Part shown: one piece after another, positions 1 to 8,270 of the stretch
Layout: every line of letters starts with the position of its first letter
How positions within the stretch are numbered: position 1 is the first letter of the stretch
Virus record (IMG/VR): IMGVR_UViG_3300048576_000125
Span: 3,946-67,945 of that record
Direction: 5' to 3' (one strand)
Length of the DNA stretch: 64,000 bases
Source: a virus
Taxonomy: Duplodnaviria; Caudoviricetes
Position numbers and translations under genes: made by a program
Notes under the pieces: generated by a model
What the model saw: only the letters and a program-made list of their open reading frames with translations
What the model was told of the DNA's origin: nothing
The model's database searches: none

Positions 1-1
1 C

Positions 2-1387
2 TGCCGCCAGACGAAGCGCTACGGAGATTGGCGAGGCGGGCAGAACCCCCGCCACCTGGAGAGCTCGCCGGAGTTCCTGAGGCAATGCCTGGGAGATCAG
101 ACGCTCTGGTTGGCCCGCAACGACATCGGAGATGGTGCGAAGCTCGCGAGGCGTGGCTTCCCTGGCGGTGGCCTGAGCGAGGTTGCCGACTCCCTGAGCG
201 GTCGTTTGGGCGGTTCTCGCGAGGCCCTTTCCGGCCTCCTGGGCAGCGGCGGAAAGCTCTTGGCCCACCTGCTGCATCCCCTTCGTCAGGCTGGCCCCTC
301 CGGTGAAGGGGGCAGCGACCAGTCCGACGGCCAGAGAGGCACCGCCACGGGCGCAGTGAAGTGCGCTCCGTGCGGCGGCCTTCGAGGCTTCCAGGGCGGC
401 TCTGAGGGCAGCCTGAGAGGCCTCCGTGGCCAGTGTGACCGTGAGGCGTGCCCCAGCTCGAAGCGGGCGAGGGGCACCCATTTCTCGGAGTGCTTGGTCG
501 AGAGCGGTCCTAGAAACCTGTCCTGTGGCACAGATAGCCTTGGAGGCATGTCGGCCTGTATCGCCAAGAATCTGGGTGATGCGGCCTTTGGCGTCCTGCA
601 TCTGGCGCTGATGTTCTCTGTGCTCAAGGCGGTGGAGTGCGGCTGTGCGGCGGAATTCTGCTCGCTCCCGCTCCGCTCGATGTTCCGGGCTTCCCTGAGT
701 GCCTCGCGACTCGTACCGGGCTTCGAGGGTGGAGAGTTCCAGCAGGTATCGCTGCTCGATCAGCTCCCGGCTCTTCCTCTCGAAGCCACGCCCAACCTCG
801 GATTTCATCGCTGGCGCTGCCGCTCGCACCTCTTCCCGCCGTTGACGTTCATGCTCCTGCTGCTGGCGGATCAGCGCCTGTAGCTGGGTCTTGCTGGCCT
901 GGAATCGACGGTGCGCATCCCAGTCGATGACCCGACCTTCAGTACGGAAAAAATCCAGGTCCCATGCCCGCTGAACCTCGCCATGCCGCCCCAGGGCATT
1001 GGTGGGTAGTGGACCCCTTGCGGCGAGGTGGAAATGAAACCTGCCGTCCTGCTCGTGCAGAACCAGGATGTAGGGTTTCCCCTTCGTGAGCCTTTTCGCC
1101 ACTCGATGTCCAGAGGCAAGGGCTTCCCCTCTGGGATCGTCCGGGCGCCTGGCACGCATGGCGTCAGACTCCGCGAAACTCATCGCGATCACGATCTCGT
1201 GGTACTCGCTGTCCTTTCCCAGAGCCTCGATGGCCTGCTCGATGCTCAACTCTGCTTCGGCGGTTCCCGCCAGGATGACGGCATCGCGGTCATGCTCGGC
1301 TGCGAGGTAGTAGACCCGACGGTCAAATCGGGCAGGGGTCATCCTTCCGAACCTGCCTGGCGTAAATCCGGGGCCGATATAGACCAT
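2..1387 (-). CDS. HUH relaxase (MOB_P-like) with long coiled-coil/Ala-Gly-rich C-terminus; 3' end beyond window
   Basis: Open minus-strand frame absent from the ORF track (no stop in window): MVYIGPG..RVYYLA..EYHEIVIAMSFAES..YILVLHEQDGRFHFHLAA (Tyr, motif II-like, H-x7-HxH); ATG overlaps the upstream TGA at 1387. Confidence 0.75.
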   Translation of the reverse strand, partial: MVYIGPGFTPGRFGRMTPARFDRRVYYLAAEHDRDAVILAGTAEAELSIEQAIEALGKDSEYHEIVIAMSFAESDAMRARRPDDPRGEALASGHRVAKRLTKGKPYILVLHEQDGRFHFHLAARGPLPTNALGRHGEVQRAWDLDFFRTEGRVIDWDAHRRFQASKTQLQALIRQQQEHERQRREEVRAAAPAMKSEVGRGFERKSRELIEQRYLLELSTLEARYESRGTQGSPEHRAERERAEFRRTAALHRLEHREHQRQMQDAKGRITQILGDTGRHASKAICATGQVSRTALDQALREMGAPRPLRAGARLTVTLATEASQAALRAALEASKAAARSALHCARGGASLAVGLVAAPFTGGASLTKGMQQVGQELSAAAQEAGKGLARTAQTTAQGVGNLAQATAREATPRELRTISDVVAGQPERLISQALPQELRRALQVAGVLPASPISVALRLAA

Positions 1388-1833
1388 CAGGATTCCCCCC
1401 GGAGGGTCTGCATCTTGGTCTTCGCCGAAGCTGCGATCTCGGCGGATCGGGGGCTCGATTCCACGATGCCCAGCAAGTGGGCGTAGACAAGCTGGGAGAG
1501 CCCAACGATCCCGGATTGCGTTTGCAGGATCTGGGATTCCCGCTCGGCCTGGCCATTCTCGACGCTTCGCAGGATGCTCACCAGTGCTTCGATGCGGGTG
1601 GCAATCCGGGCTTGCTGCTCCTGGATGGCCACCATGGAACGCGCCAGGGAGTCCAAGCGGGAGGCCGAAGATTCCTCCAGCTCCCGCTGGCGAAGCTCGG
1701 CCAGCAGGGTTCGGAGAGCCTGGGTGAGGGAGCACCCCTGTCGATCTGCCCAGGCTTCCAGAGCCGTGTAGGCCTCGCGACCGATCCGGGCATGCACCAC
1801 GTTTTTGGCGCGGGCTTGGGCCTGCTGGCTCAT
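1387..1833 (-). CDS. Ribbon-helix-helix relaxosome accessory protein (MobC/NikA-like), 148 aa
   Basis: N-terminal VVHARIGREAYTALEAWADRQGCSLTQALRTLL fits an RHH pattern; coiled coil follows; translationally coupled to the relaxase. Confidence 0.65.
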   Translation of the reverse strand: MSQQAQARAKNVVHARIGREAYTALEAWADRQGCSLTQALRTLLAELRQRELEESSASRLDSLARSMVAIQEQQARIATRIEALVSILRSVENGQAERESQILQTQSGIVGLSQLVYAHLLGIVESSPRSAEIAASAKTKMQTLRGES

Positions 1834-1889
1834 GGCTTTGCCCCCCGCATGTTGCGCCGATTGGCGCGTGCGCTGCCCCTCGCGCCATA

Positions 1890-1970
1890 GCGTGGTGCGG
1901 GCGAAACCGCCCCGAATCTTGGCTTTAGGCCGAAGGCTCCACAGTCATGCGCCACGCAGATCTTGCCACC
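1890..1970. promoter_or_regulatory. Candidate oriT region
   Basis: Intergenic, upstream of mobC; short inverted repeats and ATCTTGC (1960-1966), one mismatch from the IncP-type nic ATCCTG/C; weak. Confidence 0.25.
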
Positions 1971-2288
1971 CTTCGGGTCGATCACGATCGCCTCCCCAAC
2001 ACCAGCGTTTCCACAGGTTTGGGGCTTGGTCGTCAACCCGCAAGATGCCCATTTCCTGCCGATCCTCCGCGAGGAATGGCGAGGAAACTCTATGATCTCG
2101 ATCACAGGGATGGCATGTGCCCATCCCGATGCGAGGACTCGCCTTCATCTCTCCAAGGCATCTCTCTGCCGGGGGGGCGACAGGGGGAATCGGGATCACG
2201 ACGGCACCGAGATCTGCTGGATGCAGATTCACCTCTTCCGAAGCGCTAGAGCCACGCTGGTGTTGGGTCTCCCGCGAATCTGGAGACG

Positions 2289-2309
2289 TAGAGTCAAACT
2301 AGAGTCAAA
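2289..2309. repeat. Tandem TAGAGTCAAA x2, putative integrase arm-type sites
   Basis: 10-bp direct repeats at 2289 and 2300 (11-bp period), about 45 bp from the att core. Confidence 0.5.
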
Positions 2310-2339
2310 AACCAAAACGGCCACCTTGTGGGTGGCCGT
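2306..2339 (-). terminator. Intrinsic terminator after the tRNA 3' fragment
   Basis: ACGGCCACC-N5-GGTGGCCGT 9-bp stem followed by a T-rich run on the minus strand. Confidence 0.7.
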
Positions 2340-2352
2340 AAGTGTTGTGTTT

Positions 2353-2399
2353 ATTGGTGGTCCCGGAGCGATTCGAACGCCCGACCCTCAGATTCGTAG
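2353..2399 (-). repeat. att core copy 1: 3' half of tRNA-Arg(ACG), not a full tRNA
   Basis: Reverse strand CTACGAA-TCTGA-GGGTCGGGCGTTCGAATCGCTCCGGGACCA-CCA (anticodon loop, T-arm, acceptor 3' strand, CCA); identical to 24975-25021; no 5' half. Confidence 0.9.
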
Positions 2400-2774
2400 C
2401 GTTCCCGAAATGTAGACCCCTTGCGACTTGCAACGGATCACGGCTAACCTCGCCCTCGCGAACTCTGGAGGCCGATGATGCGTTCCATCCTCGTGACGGT
2501 CATGTGAAGACCAGCCCCGGCGGGCCTGTATCCAGGCGCCGGGGCGTCTTCGTGTAGGGGCGGGAAGGCCTAACCCATAACCCGCTGCGCGGCGCGTCCT
2601 GCGGCGCCTTGCTGCCCCGATCCCCCGCAAGCCAGGCGGGAGCCCTCCGGATGAGGGCACCCGGACGGATGCCCGAGGGGGCCCGGAGGTCCGGGCCGCC
2701 TCCCTGAACCTCACCCCGGGCCCTGGATGGGCCGGGGCTTCGCCCTGCCTGGAGACGGCGGGGCCGGAGGCACC

Positions 2775-2999
2775 ATGTCCGATCAGAACCCCACCACCAC
2801 CCCGGTGGCCGAGCCGGAACCCATGACCGGGGACAAGAAGCTCCAGCTGGTGAGCCGCTTCCACGAGGCCCTGGCGGCCGTGGTGCCCGAGGGGCACGAC
2901 TTCCACTCCGAAGACGTGGGCGAGGCGCTGTTCCTGGCCATCCACCTGCGGGGCAAGGCCGGTGCCTGCGGTCATCACGTCCACATCGAGCTTTGGTAG
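2775..2999 (+). CDS. Hypothetical protein, 74 aa
   Basis: GGAGG RBS; first gene of a tightly packed operon. Confidence 0.6.
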   Translation: MSDQNPTTTPVAEPEPMTGDKKLQLVSRFHEALAAVVPEGHDFHSEDVGEALFLAIHLRGKAGACGHHVHIELW

Positions 3000-3008
3000 G
3001 AGGCCGCC

Positions 3009-3308
3009 ATGCTGATGGAAATCCTCTGGATGCTGTTCGAGCTGGCGATGCTGCTGGGCGTCTGCGCCCTGGCCTTCGTGGGCCTGGTGGCCCTGGTGCG
3101 CTGGGCGATGCCCAGGGAGCCCCGGGGCCGAGCACTCCCGCGGGGCACAGCCCGCGGCCGCGTGTCCCAGGCGGAGCTGGAAGCCGCCCACCGCAAGGAC
3201 CGGGAGCAGCGGGAGGCCCTGGAAGGTCTGGAGCGCGCCAGGGCCCACGCGGCCCGGGAGACGCTGGCCAACCTCCAGCCCCGCCCCTGCACGGAAGGGA
3301 GGGCGTGA
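3009..3308 (+). CDS. Hypothetical membrane-anchored protein, 99 aa
   Basis: GGAGG RBS; N-terminal hydrophobic helix, charged coiled-coil tail. Confidence 0.6.
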   Translation: MLMEILWMLFELAMLLGVCALAFVGLVALVRWAMPREPRGRALPRGTARGRVSQAELEAAHRKDREQREALEGLERARAHAARETLANLQPRPCTEGRA

Positions 3309-3577
3309 TGAACCGGGAGCAGAAGGCCACGCTGAAGGCCCTTCATGGGCGCCTCCAGGCGATCCGCACCGAGGCCGAGAGCATCAAGGATGAGCTTCAA
3401 ACCCTGTTCGAGGGCCTGGAGGATGCCTTCAACGCGCATTCGGAAACCTGGCAGGAGGGCCCGAGCGGCGAGAAGGCGCAGGGGGAGCTGGACCAGGTGG
3501 GCGACATCCTGAACGAGGCCGAGACGGCCGCGGAGGCCCTGGAATCGGCCTGCAATGCCGCGGAGGAGCTGGCATGA
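3308..3577 (+). CDS. Hypothetical acidic helical protein, 89 aa
   Basis: TGATG overlap with the previous gene; MNREQKATLK..ELA. Confidence 0.65.
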   Translation: MNREQKATLKALHGRLQAIRTEAESIKDELQTLFEGLEDAFNAHSETWQEGPSGEKAQGELDQVGDILNEAETAAEALESACNAAEELA

Positions 3578-3783
3578 GCAACGACAGCGCCGTGGTGATG
3601 TACCGGGGCTTCGAGCTGCGGCATGACCGGGCCACGCAGCTGTGGACGGCCACGCGGCCGGGGGATCCCGCCCAGCTGCCCCGCGTGGGGCGCAGCGGGG
3701 CGCTCTGCGCCCTCATCGACCAGCTGTTGGGCCCGGAGCTCCGGGAGTGCTGCACGGGGGGGGCCTGCGATGCGCATGCGTGA
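3574..3783 (+). CDS. Hypothetical protein, 69 aa
   Basis: ATGA overlap; YRGFELRHD start typical of small MGE proteins. Confidence 0.55.
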   Translation: MSNDSAVVMYRGFELRHDRATQLWTATRPGDPAQLPRVGRSGALCALIDQLLGPELRECCTGGACDAHA

Positions 3784-3937
3784 GAAGGAGCTGCGCGGCG
3801 TGCTCACGTCCCACCGGATGGAGCTGGAGCGCCAGCGGGATGAACGGCAGGAGCGGCGGGCACAGGAGCGGAAGGACCAGGAACGGCGGGAGGCCTGTAA
3901 GGGCCGCCCGCTGGACCTGGGGGCGGGCGAGTCATGA
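3770..3937 (+). CDS. Hypothetical coiled-coil protein, 55 aa
   Basis: Fills the gap between coupled genes; ATGA overlap with the next gene. Confidence 0.45.
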   Translation: MRMREKELRGVLTSHRMELERQRDERQERRAQERKDQERREACKGRPLDLGAGES

Positions 3938-4302
3938 CCGGCGAGGATGCCGCCCTGATCCTGGAACCGGTGTGGCAGGGCTTCGAGGCCGCCCAGGCCC
4001 GCATCCGGACCCTGCGGGAGGCCTTGAGCCCTGCCGCCGGCTTCAGCTCCTACACCCGGGAACTGTCGGACCTCCTGGAGGCGGAGCGCTTCCTGGGCAC
4101 GCTCCTGGGGCGCTTCCTGGACCCGGCCGGGGATGGGCTGCTGGTGGCCCTCCAGGTGGCGCACCAGGCACCCGCCACCTGGCCCAACGCCTACCCAGAC
4201 GCCCACGCCCGGGAGCGGGCCCTGGTCGCCTACTGGTCCCGCCGCTTCGAGGCGGACATGAACACGCCCATGCAGCCGCTTCGGAAGGCCTCGGGCGCTT
4301 GA
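3934..4302 (+). CDS. Hypothetical protein, 122 aa
   Basis: ATGA overlap; protein-like composition. Confidence 0.6.
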   Translation: MTGEDAALILEPVWQGFEAAQARIRTLREALSPAAGFSSYTRELSDLLEAERFLGTLLGRFLDPAGDGLLVALQVAHQAPATWPNAYPDAHARERALVAYWSRRFEADMNTPMQPLRKASGA

Positions 4303-4312
4303 TCGGAACCCC

Positions 4313-4345
4313 AGGGGGGCGCGGTGCGCCCCCCTAGTCTTGACC
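4313..4345 (+). promoter_or_regulatory. Perfect 10-bp hairpin plus TCTTGA; candidate double-strand origin
   Basis: AGGGGGGCGC-GGT-GCGCCCCCCT then AGTCTTGACC just upstream of rep; partial match to the pC194/phiX174-type nick core CTTG/ATA. Confidence 0.3.
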
Positions 4346-4387
4346 ACCGCGCCGCAATTTTCGCGGCCGGTGAACCCCGGAGGGTAG

Positions 4388-6406
4388 ATGACTCAAGGGA
4401 TTCAGAAGAAGCACCCCCAGGGGCTCCGCATCAGCCCCGCGGACGTGGCCGCGGACCTCCACATCAGCGTGGAGGTGGACCATGCGGCCCGGGTCTTCGA
4501 CCCGTCCAGCTGGGAGGACGCCCGCACCCTGGCCGTGTGGGCCCGGCCGCTGGGCATCGAGGCCCAGGCCCGGCGGAGCTTCGAGGCGGAGGCACGCCTG
4601 GAAACTCGAAAGGGAAACCATCGCGCGGCGGAGCGCGCGAGGAAGAAGGCCCGGAAGCCGGGGCCTTTGAGCCTGGCGGAGCTGGTGGGCTGGGTGTGGC
4701 ATCGGGTGAGCCCCTGGCCGGAGCGCTGGGAGCGCCTGGTGAAGGCCGCCCGGGAGGTGGAGGCCTCGGCCCTGCTGAAGGAGGCCAAGCGCCTGGAGGG
4801 CTGCGGGGAGCCCTGGGGGCGCATCGTGCGCCTGTTCTGGAAGAGCGCACGGGGCGAGGTTTCGCGCGCCTACGGCCTCCACCGCTGCAAGGACCGGCAT
4901 TGCCCCCACTGCGGCCGCGGGAAGCAGCGGAAGCGGGCGGAGGAGATGGAGAAGGTGCTGGCCCTGGCGGGAGAGTGGGGCCTGGGGCCGGAGAACGTGC
5001 GCTTCCTCACCCTCACCGTGCGGAACGGCCGGGACATTCCGACGCTGAAGCAGAAGGCCCATGACGCCTGGGCCATGCTGCTGCGGCGGCGCTGGTGGCC
5101 GCGCTGGGTGGCGCTGTGGTTCCGGGGCTCCGAGTGCGTCACGGGCGAGGATGGGAACTGGAACTTCCACCTGCACGTGGTGCTCGTGGTCTGGGGGCAC
5201 CGCATCAGCTACGTGCGCCTGTGGGACGAATGGGAGAGCGCCGTGGGGGAGCGTTCGCAGCTGGACGTAGACCGGCTGCACTCCCAGAAGATGCGGGACG
5301 CCCGGCGGAAGGGCGGCATTTCGGCGGCGGCGCGCTACGTGGCGAAGTACATCGCCAAGGCGGAGGACATGGCCAAGCTCCGGAAGGGCCCGGGCGGCCT
5401 GGCGCACTACGCCAGCGCCATGCGGCGGCTGCGGGCCTTCAGCTGCGGCGGGGCGGCGCCCCTGCTCCGGAAGCTGTCGAGCGTGCTGCTGCCGACCTGG
5501 GCGCGGTACGCGGAGAACATCGTGGAGGATGCGCAGCTGCGGGACGGCCTGCCGGCCTACCGTGCGGAGGAGATCGACCCGGAGAGTGGGGAGGCCTGGA
5601 GCATTGAGGTTCCGCGGCCGGGGCTGGACGATCCGGAGCGGGCGGCGGCGCGGGCCCTGGCCGGGCCGCTGATGCAGATGGGGAGCACGGTGGGGATGCC
5701 CTGCGGGCCCAGGGGCCGCTGGCGGCGCGTGGGGTGGAACCCCGTGCGCGGGAAGCGCCCCACCGTGAAGGGCTTCGAGGGAGGCCAGCCCCTGGAGGGC
5801 ATCCACGCCCTGGTGTGCGGCGGAGACTGGCGCGTGGAGCGGTGCCGGGAACGCTACGTCCGGAAGAAGTGGCGCGTCATCGCGCGGAAGGCCAGCCTGT
5901 TCCGCTGGTCCACCGCCCGATGGGCGAAGAACCGGAAGAAGTGGGCACAGAAGCACCGCGTCCGGGACGTGCGGTACACCGTCCTGCTGCCGGCCAAGCG
6001 CTTCGCCTGGCGGGACGTGGCGGCGCGGGTGTGGCTGCGCCTGGTGGCGGATCGGAGCCCCTGGGCCCTGCGGCGGCGGGAGGCCTGGGCCGCCTGGTCC
6101 GCGGCCCGCTGCGGCGCCCTGGAGCGCCTGGACTTCGCCCGCGCCACCCAGGCGGCCCTGGGAGAGCGGCGCCGGGCCGATGGGGAAGCCCACTGGATCA
6201 CCGACCGGGAGCGCCAGGTGGAGCGCCTGCGCGGGGCTTCCGTGCGGATCGCCAGAAGCGCCGACGCGGACCCGGCCGCCTGGGCCCGGAAGGCCGCCCG
6301 AATCCTTGACCACATCGAGCACCTGAAGCGCCCCGGCTTGCTGGAGCAGGAAACGCCCCTCGTTCGAACTCTGCGCGAAGCCCTGCGCCTCGACACCGGC
6401 ATCTAG
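4388..6406 (+). CDS. rep: Rolling-circle replication initiator (HUH, Rep_1/pC194-like) with long C-terminal extension, 672 aa
   Basis: CKDRHCPHC Zn motif, RFLTLTVRN (motif I), FHLHVVL (motif II), YVAKYIAK (motif III). Confidence 0.85.
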   Translation: MTQGIQKKHPQGLRISPADVAADLHISVEVDHAARVFDPSSWEDARTLAVWARPLGIEAQARRSFEAEARLETRKGNHRAAERARKKARKPGPLSLAELVGWVWHRVSPWPERWERLVKAAREVEASALLKEAKRLEGCGEPWGRIVRLFWKSARGEVSRAYGLHRCKDRHCPHCGRGKQRKRAEEMEKVLALAGEWGLGPENVRFLTLTVRNGRDIPTLKQKAHDAWAMLLRRRWWPRWVALWFRGSECVTGEDGNWNFHLHVVLVVWGHRISYVRLWDEWESAVGERSQLDVDRLHSQKMRDARRKGGISAAARYVAKYIAKAEDMAKLRKGPGGLAHYASAMRRLRAFSCGGAAPLLRKLSSVLLPTWARYAENIVEDAQLRDGLPAYRAEEIDPESGEAWSIEVPRPGLDDPERAAARALAGPLMQMGSTVGMPCGPRGRWRRVGWNPVRGKRPTVKGFEGGQPLEGIHALVCGGDWRVERCRERYVRKKWRVIARKASLFRWSTARWAKNRKKWAQKHRVRDVRYTVLLPAKRFAWRDVAARVWLRLVADRSPWALRRREAWAAWSAARCGALERLDFARATQAALGERRRADGEAHWITDRERQVERLRGASVRIARSADADPAAWARKAARILDHIEHLKRPGLLEQETPLVRTLREALRLDTGI

Positions 6407-6415
6407 GAGAACCCC

Positions 6416-6685
6416 ATGCAGCAGCAGAAGACCCCTGAGGAACTGATCCAGCGCATCCGGCGCGTGGCCACGGGCGGCGCCGTGCGCATCAAGGACGCGG
6501 CCATCTTCCTGGACGTGTCCGCCCGCACCGTGCGGCGCTGGATCGCCATGGGCATCCTGCGCGTTCAGCGGGTGACGCAGCGGACTATCTTCATTGACCG
6601 GACGTGCATTGAAGGTCTGGTGAAGAACGCCCTGCCCTGGGATGAAGTGGATGCGCGTTTCATCCTGTACAAGAAGCGGGCATGA
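6416..6685 (+). CDS. HTH_17/excisionase-like DNA-binding protein, 89 aa
   Basis: IKDAAIFLDVSARTVRRWIAMGIL winged-HTH pattern. Confidence 0.75.
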   Translation: MQQQKTPEELIQRIRRVATGGAVRIKDAAIFLDVSARTVRRWIAMGILRVQRVTQRTIFIDRTCIEGLVKNALPWDEVDARFILYKKRA

Positions 6686-6830
6686 AGTCTTGTAAAGCTC
6701 GGCCACGCCCCCTTGCTTGGGAGTTGTGCATCCTATGCTCCCGTTGGCCCATCCAGGATGGCCATATGAGGCGCTTCACTGTTATGTGTGGGCATCCAAC
6801 CCTGACAAGTCCAGCCCCAGAGTTGCTAAG

Positions 6831-7958
6831 TCATTTTTTTCCGTTCTTCGCCTGGATCTCCGCGTGGAGTGTCCGTGCCCGGGCTTGGGCCCGTTCGAGG
6901 GCTTGGTGGGAGAGTTTGTTGGCTGTCCTATCTCGGATCTTGGGGGCATCTTTGTACCCATTGGCTGCCGAGAGAGTCAGCCAAACATAAGCTTCGGAAT
7001 AATCTTGCGGAACACCTTTGCCGCTGTCATAGCTGAGGCCAAGTTTCAACTGGGCCTCTGCATGCCCCTGGTCAGCGGCCTTGCGATACCACTTCACCGC
7101 TTCGGCATAATCCTGCGGAACACCCGCGCCGTCTTCGTAGAAGGAACCAAGGAAGCTCTGGGCATCTGCATTCCCCTGGTCAGCAGACTTACGACACAAC
7201 TTCACCGCTTCGACATCATCCTGCGGAACACCCTCGCCTGAGAGGTAATAGGAACTAAGGAGGAGCTGTGCCGTTGCATGCCCCTGGTCAGCGGCCTTGC
7301 GATACCACTTCGCCGCTTCCGCATAATCCTTTGGAACACCATTGCCGTAGGCGTAGTGGCCACCAAGTCTGAACTGGGCATTTACATGCCCCTGGTCAGC
7401 TGCCTTGCGATACCACTTCATGGCTTCGGAAGAATCCTGCGGAACACCCATGCCTTGATAGTAGCATATACCAAGGCTGCACTGGGCCTCTGCATATCCC
7501 TGGTCAGCGGCCTTGCGATACCACTTCACCGCTTCGGCATAATCCTTTGGAACACCCGCGCCGTTGTAGTAGTGGACACCAAGATTGTACTGAGCCCGAT
7601 CATGTCCCTGGTCAGCCGCTTTGCGAGACCACTTCGCCGCTTCGGCAAAATCCTTCGGAACACCCCAGCCGGCGCCGTAGTGGACACTAAGTCTGAACTG
7701 GGCCTTTGCATGCCCCTGGTCAGCGGCCTTACGATACCACTTCACCGCTTCGGCATAATCCTGTAGAACGCCCTCGCCTCGTTCGTATCGGACACCCGTA
7801 AAATACTGGTTCGTTGCCAGCACCTGGTCAGTCTTGGCGCTCGAATCGGTGATCGGATCCTTTGCCTGCTTCACCACAGGTGGCTTGGGGTTCTGCTCGG
7901 TCTGTCCAGCTAGTGGCAGTGCAAGGAGAACCTGGAATGTAAGGCGAGCGAATAACAT
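6831..7958 (-). CDS. Secreted Sel1-repeat protein, 375 aa
   Basis: About eight 36-aa repeats (A-x2-WY-x-KAADQG-x3-AQ-x2-LG); signal-like MLFARLTFQVLLALPLAG; AGGA RBS before ATG 7958. Confidence 0.9.
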   Translation of the reverse strand: MLFARLTFQVLLALPLAGQTEQNPKPPVVKQAKDPITDSSAKTDQVLATNQYFTGVRYERGEGVLQDYAEAVKWYRKAADQGHAKAQFRLSVHYGAGWGVPKDFAEAAKWSRKAADQGHDRAQYNLGVHYYNGAGVPKDYAEAVKWYRKAADQGYAEAQCSLGICYYQGMGVPQDSSEAMKWYRKAADQGHVNAQFRLGGHYAYGNGVPKDYAEAAKWYRKAADQGHATAQLLLSSYYLSGEGVPQDDVEAVKLCRKSADQGNADAQSFLGSFYEDGAGVPQDYAEAVKWYRKAADQGHAEAQLKLGLSYDSGKGVPQDYSEAYVWLTLSAANGYKDAPKIRDRTANKLSHQALERAQARARTLHAEIQAKNGKK

Positions 7959-8081
7959 ACCGTTCCTATGAAATGAATTTAGATTCACCAAAACTACCAC
8001 AAACCGATATAGAGTCAATCCAAAAAATGAACCGTTTCGTGTGCAGCCGCCGGGTGCGCTTCCGTCTGCCCCTCACGCCTC

Positions 8082-8202
8082 GGGGGCATGGCGGGGGAAT
8101 GCTGGGGGCATGGCGGGGGAATGCTGGGGGCATGGCGGGGGAATGCTGGGGGCATGGCGGGGGCACGCCGGGGGAATGGCGGGGGCATGCTTGGGGGAAT
8201 GG
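8082..8202 (+). repeat. Tandem array of 11-bp units, consensus near GGGGG(C/A)ATG(G/C)(C/T), 11 G5 tracts
   Basis: G5 runs at 8082, 8093, 8104, 8115, 8126, 8137, 8148, 8159, 8170, 8181, 8193. Confidence 0.95.
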
Positions 8203-8270
8203 GCGATTTGGCCACTTGCGGCCACCTGTTCGGCCTCGGGGCGGGAGTTTAGAGGGCAAAGGAGCCCCCA

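Larger units (their letters stand above)
1..2352. mobile_element. tRNA-proximal end of a mobilizable integrated element (relaxase + MobC-like); continues off the left edge
   Basis: Lies just downstream (minus sense) of the tRNA-Arg 3' fragment; terminator and arm-type repeats adjacent to att; relaxase and RHH gene pair. Confidence 0.55.

Noticed and set aside
110-883. 257-aa + strand ORF
   Set aside because: Shadow of the minus-strand relaxase frame, which carries real motifs
2560-2600. GCCTAAC-C-CATAACC as an attC half
   Set aside because: Wrong spacing and no complementary right arm or GTTRRRY
4388-6406. IS91/ISCR Y2 transposase
   Set aside because: The Cys motif is shared, but FLTLTVxN and the motif spacing fit Rep_1, and the gene sits in an integrase-bearing att-flanked unit; an HMM check is still advisable
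4334-6706. 790-aa antisense ORF (also 8073-9614, 13558-15603, 15931-18420, 45959-47701, 52132-53769, 59611-63858 on the minus strand)
   Set aside because: GC-rich shadow frames opposite well-supported genes; no motifs or RBS
6831-8202. CRISPR array (108-bp Sel1 periodicity, 11-bp G5 array)
   Set aside because: Repeats are coding or spacer-less; no cas genes
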